From positions 2,848,001 to 2,912,000 of the forward strand of contig OZ242029.1 of assembly GCA_965205015.1 (NCBI GenBank): DNA of 64,000 nt, written 5' to 3'. The notes beneath the pieces were generated by a model. It worked only from the letters and a program-made list of their open reading frames with translations. It did not search any database and was not told the DNA's origin. Source of the stretch: Candidatus Poribacteria bacterium. Its GTDB lineage: Bacteria; Poribacteria; WGA-4E; WGA-3G. The position numbers and the translations under genes are program-made. Positions 58,136 through 64,000 of the stretch are shown here, piece after piece. The stretch's first letter is position 1; each line of letters begins with the position of its first letter.

Positions 58136-59200
58136 TCATCGCGAGGACTTAAACCGTCGGCGCAGGTACCTGATACCCCACCGCCAAGGGCTGATTGCCG
58201 TTCCTGCTGACAGCCATCTTTCACAGATAAGAAGAATTAACGCCCCAAAGATAAATAATTGAAATCGTTCCTGATATTCACCCTCCGAGCGAATCCTGAA
58301 CTTCTGTTTTTCGAGTCGTGCTAAATCCCCTGTTAGTTGGGCAATTCCCGTATTGGCATGATAATAACTGCCGTTTCCAGCATTTGCAATTTCTTGGAGA
58401 TGGGTTTCATCCAACGCTGTTAGCACAAGTTGTCCGTTGGTGTCGCGCTTGTACGGAGCAGTTTCTGTAGCAGTGTCCCGCGGGAGCGGAATCGGCACAG
58501 ATTTACCAGCATTGCCAATACCGATACAATAGATATACACACCCTCCTGAGTCGCCATTTTTGCCGCTTCAATCGCCGCTTCACCGTGGTCCTCCCCATC
58601 CGTAAACAGAATCAGGACCTTTTGTCCGCCGAAGTCGGCATTTATCGCTGGTGTATCGTTCTGATTTAAGCTGAGTCGAGCGGTCGCTGTTTCAATAGCG
58701 TTTCCGATACGGGTCCCGCTGTGCGTAAGTGTTTCGACAGTTACCGCCTCCAAGAATTCTCTGAGGGTCGCGGTATCGCTCGTCAAAGGACATACCACGA
58801 AACTGGCTTCAGCAAAGTAGAGCAATCCCACCCGGTCGCCTTTCAGTGCCTCTAATAGTGAGAACATAACCTCTTTCGCGTGGGTTAATCGTCGAAGGGA
58901 TTCTTCATCTTCTGCGAGCATACTGGTCGAAATATCCAATCCGAGCATGACATCTAATCGTTCTGCAACCGGTTCAGGCTTGGCACCCCACTGCGGGCGG
59001 GCGATTGCAAGCGTCAAGAGGGAATAACTCAGTAGCAACAATCCTGCTTGAATTCTGTGTCGCTGTAGGTGTGTTGGGTCCACATTGCTGTAGAATCGCA
59101 GCAAGGCTTTCTGTTTCTGCTGCAATCCAAAGAGAAGCAACAGTACCAAGGGGGGCACTGCCCATAAAAAATGGAGAAATTCAGGATGGGCAAAACGCAT
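58136..59200 (-). CDS. VWA-domain membrane protein (BatB-like)
   Basis: MRFAHPEFL N-terminus, ARPQWG, DISTSM (MIDAS), PLTSD, TDGEDH, ERFQ. Confidence 0.85.
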   Translation of the reverse strand: MRFAHPEFLHFLWAVPPLVLLLLFGLQQKQKALLRFYSNVDPTHLQRHRIQAGLLLLSYSLLTLAIARPQWGAKPEPVAERLDVMLGLDISTSMLAEDEESLRRLTHAKEVMFSLLEALKGDRVGLLYFAEASFVVCPLTSDTATLREFLEAVTVETLTHSGTRIGNAIETATARLSLNQNDTPAINADFGGQKVLILFTDGEDHGEAAIEAAKMATQEGVYIYCIGIGNAGKSVPIPLPRDTATETAPYKRDTNGQLVLTALDETHLQEIANAGNGSYYHANTGIAQLTGDLARLEKQKFRIRSEGEYQERFQLFIFGALILLICERWLSAGTAISPWRWGIRYLRRRFKSSR

Positions 59201-59240
59201 TTTTAATTATTTGCAAGGCGTTAAATCAGGCAGTCGTCAG

Positions 59241-60233
59241 TTAAGAGGAGAGGATAGAGTTACGGACGCGTTCAAAAATCTCAATGGCATAGTCAAGATG
59301 GGCTTTAGAGGCGATGTTAAAAGAAATCCCGAAATTCTTGACTGTTACATTGGGCAAATTGGCTCTGCACTCAACAATATGGAGCGGCGTGAAGTCGCCG
59401 TGGACATCAACCCGGAAGTGAGTCGCTCTTCTTGAAGGATATGTATCGAGCCACCAGTGTCCCCCAAAAGTCATCCGGAGTTTTGCAATGCGAGGTCGCA
59501 GTGTTGCCCCGCACGCCTCGATGTATTCCACAAATTCATGGGCAATTTGCGAGAGTTCCTCGTTTTCCTGTAGCCTCTCAATGAACAATTCAAGGGTCAT
59601 AAATTGCTGTGTGGTGTGCCCATAACTCCGTTCTTCCTCCTTGACCAGCGTTCCACCAAGAACGGTCTCAGTCGCGACCAAGATTTCATCAGGGGCGTGG
59701 TAGGAAAAATAAGAGATATAGGTGAGATCAAGTCCCAAAGCCCGTAGATATTCAGCGACCTCTAAGACGCGCGTGTCTACTCCCTCGGAAACAAGCACTA
59801 ACCGCTGTTTTTGATTAAATGCCGATTTCCGAATATCGCCGGGTTCATATCCAAAGAATTCACTGTGTAGTGCAGTGAGGGATGAAAACTCTTTCCCCTG
59901 TTGTTGGCACCAGCGATACGCGAGCGTCTCCAATTCTATAAAGGAAAGTTGGGAAACCCCAGCGGCATACTCTAAAATCTGCGTGATTGCTGTCCGAGAG
60001 GGTTTTCCTCGCTTGAGTTCAATAATCACACAATTGCCTTGTCGGTCAAGGGCGAGCAAATCGATTTTCTGTTTTGATGTACTTAACGGCGGTTGCCTAC
60101 TGATAACGCAAAGCGGTTCACCGAGGACCAGCGTCGCATCCTTTTCGAGCAGATCTTCGAAGTCGCGTTCCTCACCAAAACGCAAGGGTTCGAGCTTCCC
60201 AAATTTCCGATCTTCCCAACGATAAACTTCCAT
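59241..60233 (-). CDS. NucS/DUF91-like PD-(D/E)xK endonuclease
   Basis: EERDFEDLL...KIDLLALDRQGNCVIIELKRG...QILEYA; start placed at ATG 60233. Confidence 0.75.
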   Translation of the reverse strand: MEVYRWEDRKFGKLEPLRFGEERDFEDLLEKDATLVLGEPLCVISRQPPLSTSKQKIDLLALDRQGNCVIIELKRGKPSRTAITQILEYAAGVSQLSFIELETLAYRWCQQQGKEFSSLTALHSEFFGYEPGDIRKSAFNQKQRLVLVSEGVDTRVLEVAEYLRALGLDLTYISYFSYHAPDEILVATETVLGGTLVKEEERSYGHTTQQFMTLELFIERLQENEELSQIAHEFVEYIEACGATLRPRIAKLRMTFGGHWWLDTYPSRRATHFRVDVHGDFTPLHIVECRANLPNVTVKNFGISFNIASKAHLDYAIEIFERVRNSILSS

Positions 60234-60371
60234 TTTTGACCATTGTCCCGCAAGTCTATAGAAGCTTGCGCTATTGTAATTTATGTGATTTACGCTGATG
60301 ATGAAATCTCCAATAATCAGGGAAACCACAATTCTGATTTCTTCATGAAAATGAAGATATGCGTGGTTATT

Positions 60372-62036
60372 CTACAAATTATAGTTTAACCAGCGAATGC
60401 GTTCACGATATGCCTTGACCTCTGCTGTGATTCTGGTATCATTCCAATTGTTTTTCTCGCCCAAAAATTGCGCTATTTGGGGGGCTATATCGACCCCTTG
60501 ACCCGGCGTCCAGCCGATCCGTGTCCGTCGCCAGAGAAGATCCTCAAGCGTAATCGCCATTTCACCCCAATAGGCATAGAGAAGTTCAGCTTTTGTGAAT
60601 GGAAGGGATGGTATTACTAACTCCCCAAGCGTCGCATCTTCGGTGATGAAGTTTTGAATCGTGCGATACCCTTCGCCATATCGTTTAACGAGACGCTCTG
60701 CATCCGCACCCGGTGCCTCACCCGCTGCATTCGGCAGTGGATACGCGGCAGTTTTGCAGGCGCGTGGGACCTCTAAAAATGCGGCAAGATGGTTCACGGT
60801 CTCTTCCGCCATCTGACGGTGTGTGGTGAGTTTTCCACCATAGAGATACATTATCCCGCTTGGGCTTTCTGTGATTAAGTGTTCTCTCGAAACAAAACCG
60901 GTTCTCGCGAACCCTTGCAAATGTCGATTTGATGCGATGAGCGGACGGGTCCCGGCATAGGCAGCGATAATGGTGTCCCGATTGAGCGTTTTTTCTGGGA
61001 AAATTCGCTGTGCTTCCGAAAGCAGATACGCCACCTCGTTCGCTGATGGGCGGACGGATGCCAATTCCTCTTCGGGTGTTGTTTCAGTGGTGCCAACAAT
61101 GGAAGTGTTGTGGGCACCGGGTAAAATAAAGATAACTCGCGGATTACGTTTTTGCTGTTTATCCGCCTGTGTGAAAGTTATCAGGCCGTACGTATCGTCT
61201 TCCTCTTTTCCACAGCGCGGCAAAAGGATATGGATACCTTTCGCGTTTTTTGTCAACAAGCGGAGTGTGCCGTCGTAACTCGGATCTTTACGCCATACAT
61301 GGTCGCTCCAAGGTCCCGTTGCGGATACTATTTTCCGTGCTGCAATCTCAAAACGTTGTCCGGAAACAACATCTTCAGCGGCTATCCGGTACATCCGATT
61401 CTTGGTATTGGCAGTCTCCGGTTGCCCGACAAAATCAAGAAAACGGACGTAGTTTGCGACAACAGCCCCGTGTTGGTGGGCATCCTTGAGGGTTGCGAGT
61501 GTCAACCGTGCATCGTCAACAGTACTGTCCCATAACAGGACGCACCCCTTTAAGGAATTTGTGGCAATAGGTCCGACGAGGTGCCGTATCTTTTGGACAT
61601 CCCGAATCGCTATTGACTTCTCCATTTCATCCGTTTTAGAGAGGCAATTGTAGTAATGTGCGGCAAGTTGCATCCCCATCAACGGATACGGATCGCCTTT
61701 GTAGCAAAGAAGTGCTAACGGGATTGGCTTGACAAGGTTCGGCGCGATCCGGCGTAGAATTTCACGCTCCTTGCGTGCATTTTTGACGAGTTCAATATCC
61801 CGCTTAAGCAGATAACGAAATCCGCCATGGACGAGTTGGGACGTGGCACTACTCGTTCCGTTTGCGAAATCGCCTTGTTCAATCAAGCCCGCTTTGATAC
61901 CCCCGTTGAGCGCAAGGTCCCGGATTAGACCTGCCCCGACGATACCACCCCCGATAACTAAAACATCTAACGGTTCAGTCTTGAAGATTTCTATATTCTG
62001 GGCGCGAGTCCGAGCTGAAAATTCCGTTTTTTTGAT
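60372..62036 (-). CDS. glpD: Glycerol-3-phosphate dehydrogenase/oxidase (FAD), apparent ATC start
   Basis: The frame extends 50 codons beyond the track's TTG to include DVLVIGGGIVGAG; GTSSATSQLVHGGFRYL, DDARL, GGKLTTHR, RRTR motifs; AGGAGG lies 6 nt before ATC 62036. Confidence 0.88.
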   Translation of the reverse strand: MKKTEFSARTRAQNIEIFKTEPLDVLVIGGGIVGAGLIRDLALNGGIKAGLIEQGDFANGTSSATSQLVHGGFRYLLKRDIELVKNARKEREILRRIAPNLVKPIPLALLCYKGDPYPLMGMQLAAHYYNCLSKTDEMEKSIAIRDVQKIRHLVGPIATNSLKGCVLLWDSTVDDARLTLATLKDAHQHGAVVANYVRFLDFVGQPETANTKNRMYRIAAEDVVSGQRFEIAARKIVSATGPWSDHVWRKDPSYDGTLRLLTKNAKGIHILLPRCGKEEDDTYGLITFTQADKQQKRNPRVIFILPGAHNTSIVGTTETTPEEELASVRPSANEVAYLLSEAQRIFPEKTLNRDTIIAAYAGTRPLIASNRHLQGFARTGFVSREHLITESPSGIMYLYGGKLTTHRQMAEETVNHLAAFLEVPRACKTAAYPLPNAAGEAPGADAERLVKRYGEGYRTIQNFITEDATLGELVIPSLPFTKAELLYAYWGEMAITLEDLLWRRTRIGWTPGQGVDIAPQIAQFLGEKNNWNDTRITAEVKAYRERIRWLNYNL

Positions 62037-62138
62037 TAGGGGCCTCCTGGATTTCCACAGTTAGAAAATCGTTTCACGAGGGATATAGTTGATTCCAAAA
62101 CGACTGGACAGAATAGCAATCAGTTAAGAGGCGTTCGT

Positions 62139-63572
62139 TTAGCAAGACGCTCTTGTGCTGACGGCTATAAGATGACTGTGTAAAGAGACTTTGCGAATAG
62201 CCTCCAAAATTCCGGACACGGCACCTGTTATGGGTTCTGTCAACAACGGTAAAAATATAAGTTGCGAACAGGTCCTTTCAGTCACAGGCAAATCCCCTGG
62301 CGCATAGGTTTTAAATTCCCCGCCCATATCGTTGGTACAGAGGACCCCCCGGCCGTCCATGTACATATCAAGTCCGTGTGTGAAGAGCGGTAAGGTATGC
62401 AGGAGCGGGTACGGATTGCTATTCGTCGGAAACCTACTCCCTGAGAATACAGGCACACCATCGCCAACAATGAGTGGGTACGGGTTATTATTTGCCAAAA
62501 CGCCTTCTTTTCGAAGGGCATCGGCGAACACGGGTGCTGGTAGCCCATGCATCTCTTCCTCGTGATAGTGGATAGGAAATCCAAAGAACCCGGCTGGCTC
62601 AGTCCCTTCATAGGTTTCAATAGGAGAAACCCCCGAAATTTCTCGCAACCCGTCGGAGATTTCTTGGATATAGGCACGGCGGTTTGCGTTGAGTTTATCG
62701 AGTTTCTTCAGCTGCACGGAAGCAATCCCGATTGCGAGTGGATGTGCGCGAAATTTTACGCCAAGTCCCATGGGTGGGAGATGTGTATAGCGCAGTCCTT
62801 CTATTGTTTCTCCTACAACCCCAGCAGGACGATTAACTTGCCCGAGCAGACAAGCCCTCTCAAAAATTGCGACATCGTTGGTCGCAAGCATTCCACCTTC
62901 GCCGCCGCTAATGGGTTTACTCCCTTGCAAACTCCACGCCCCTGCCTGTCCGATACTGCCACACGGTACACCTTTATAGGAGGCACCATGTGCGTGAGAA
63001 CAATCCTCTATGACCGGTACGCCTGTCTCTGCGCTGAGTGCCATGAGCGCATCCATGTCACACACATTGCCCCACAGATGTACCGCCACAATTGCCTTCG
63101 TTCGGGGTGTAATGCGCCGTCGAACATCAGCCACATCGATTAACAGGGTCCTCGGATCTATTTCACAGAAAACCGGCTTTGCCATCAGCGTCAAGGCTGG
63201 TGTGATTGATCCCATCCACGTATAGGTTGGACAGATAACTTCATCACCCGGACCGACGCCCAGTCCGAACATTGCGCTGTGTAGTGCGGCTGTGCCATTG
63301 GTAAGACTCAATGCAAATCGGGTCTGATGGCGTTCACGCCAGGTTCGCTCAAATTCTTGAACAGTCGCGGATACGCCGGAGAGTTCGTTCCGAAGCGTCA
63401 TCTCGTAAACAACCTGAGCCTCTTCTTCTGTCGTCTGGTGCCACTGCTCCAGTTTCGGATAGGAGGCATCAGGCGGTTTTTCAAACACTGGTGTTCCACC
63501 CAAAACAGTAGGAAGCTCGGGGGCGGTGGGCTCATTTTCAGGTTGGAGGTGCTTTGCTCTGTGTTTCTCCAT
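62139..63572 (-). CDS. DegT/DnrJ/EryC1/StrS-family PLP-dependent aminotransferase
   Basis: NGTAALH, VHLWG, IEDCSHAHGA, SLQGSKPISGGEGG. Confidence 0.9.
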   Translation of the reverse strand: MEKHRAKHLQPENEPTAPELPTVLGGTPVFEKPPDASYPKLEQWHQTTEEEAQVVYEMTLRNELSGVSATVQEFERTWRERHQTRFALSLTNGTAALHSAMFGLGVGPGDEVICPTYTWMGSITPALTLMAKPVFCEIDPRTLLIDVADVRRRITPRTKAIVAVHLWGNVCDMDALMALSAETGVPVIEDCSHAHGASYKGVPCGSIGQAGAWSLQGSKPISGGEGGMLATNDVAIFERACLLGQVNRPAGVVGETIEGLRYTHLPPMGLGVKFRAHPLAIGIASVQLKKLDKLNANRRAYIQEISDGLREISGVSPIETYEGTEPAGFFGFPIHYHEEEMHGLPAPVFADALRKEGVLANNNPYPLIVGDGVPVFSGSRFPTNSNPYPLLHTLPLFTHGLDMYMDGRGVLCTNDMGGEFKTYAPGDLPVTERTCSQLIFLPLLTEPITGAVSGILEAIRKVSLHSHLIAVSTRASC

Positions 63573-63719
63573 GGTGAATTATTGCTGCCTTTTTCTTAAC
63601 CGATGCATTGTTTTAATCCCACACTTGTGTTATGCTAATAGATATAGTGCTCGTAAACCTAATATCACGTATAATAACACGTTTTTAGGCTTTTGTCAAA
63701 TTTCAGCAGAGACATTGAC

Positions 63720-63810
63720 AGGACTTACGCAATTTGCGGGTGATACGCGACAGTTCACACGCCGCTGGCGAGGTTTGAAACCTCACCAGCATAAGGGCGG
63801 CGTAAGTCCT
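63720..63810. mobile_element. MITE-like element with 11-bp perfect TIRs and an internal GCTGGCGAGG hairpin
   Basis: AGGACTTACGC(63720-63730) ... GCGTAAGTCCT(63800-63810); core GCTGGCGAGGTTTGAAACCTCACCAGC. Confidence 0.65.
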
Positions 63811-63890
63811 AATTGAGAAAACCTTGAATATCGAAAAAGTGTTCGCCTCTGTGTTTCGGAACAGAGCATCCCAAGCCAAACATTTATTTC

Positions 63891-64000
63891 TTATAGTAAA
63901 ACCCGTAATTACTTATACACTAACACAAGGGCGAGGATACAATCCTCGCCAGCGGTGGCGGGGTGTTTGTTCCCTGACGAACTGTAAACATATTTTTGGA
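63891..64000. mobile_element. MITE-like element of the 47092 family, truncated by the window edge
   Basis: Starts TTATAGTAAAACCC (14/14 match to the reverse complement of the right arm ending at 47212); core GGCGAGGATACAATCCTCGCCAGCGG. Confidence 0.6.

Noticed and set aside
60372-61886. ORF-track start for glpD, or a glpD pseudogene call
   Set aside because: The frame is open 50 codons further upstream and includes the FAD-binding motif and an SD-aligned ATC.
1-64000. Numerous 60-200 aa ORFs antisense to or overlapping the called genes; rRNA/tRNA genes
   Set aside because: Shadow ORFs lack motifs and SD sites and overlap well-supported genes. No tRNA cloverleaf or rRNA-like sequence was recognised in the spacers.

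Overview
Gene-dense bacterial chromosomal segment. It is most likely Candidatus Poribacteria, inferred from many secreted LamG/DUF1080 proteins sharing a C-terminal 'V[ED]xxxKLA[TV]TWGxLK' tail, tandem PhyH dioxygenases and futalosine menaquinone genes. Housekeeping and metabolic genes include mqnA (partial), mqnE, a UbiD-type decarboxylase, trpS, polA, pyrG, kdsB, glpD, ABC/TRAP/LIV transporter genes, a PhnY/PhnZ-like oxidative phosphonate pair and two LarA-family paralogs. A defence-like island at about 29.4-42.9 kb carries a 1429-aa nuclease + STAND NTPase + helical-repeat protein (Avs-like). Its extreme C-terminus resembles a VapB-type antitoxin, and it is translationally coupled to a VapC/PIN toxin. 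The island continues with a type III R-M pair, small ORFs, a direct-repeat-bounded gene remnant, an AlbA_2/Schlafen-like protein and a SLATT-like membrane protein. Intergenic DNA holds many GTAG-footed REP-like hairpins and modular MITE-like elements. glpD appears to start at ATC, and an RRM gene has a ~360-nt leader. I saw no rRNA, tRNA, CRISPR array or transposase. All assignments come from motif reading without database searches.
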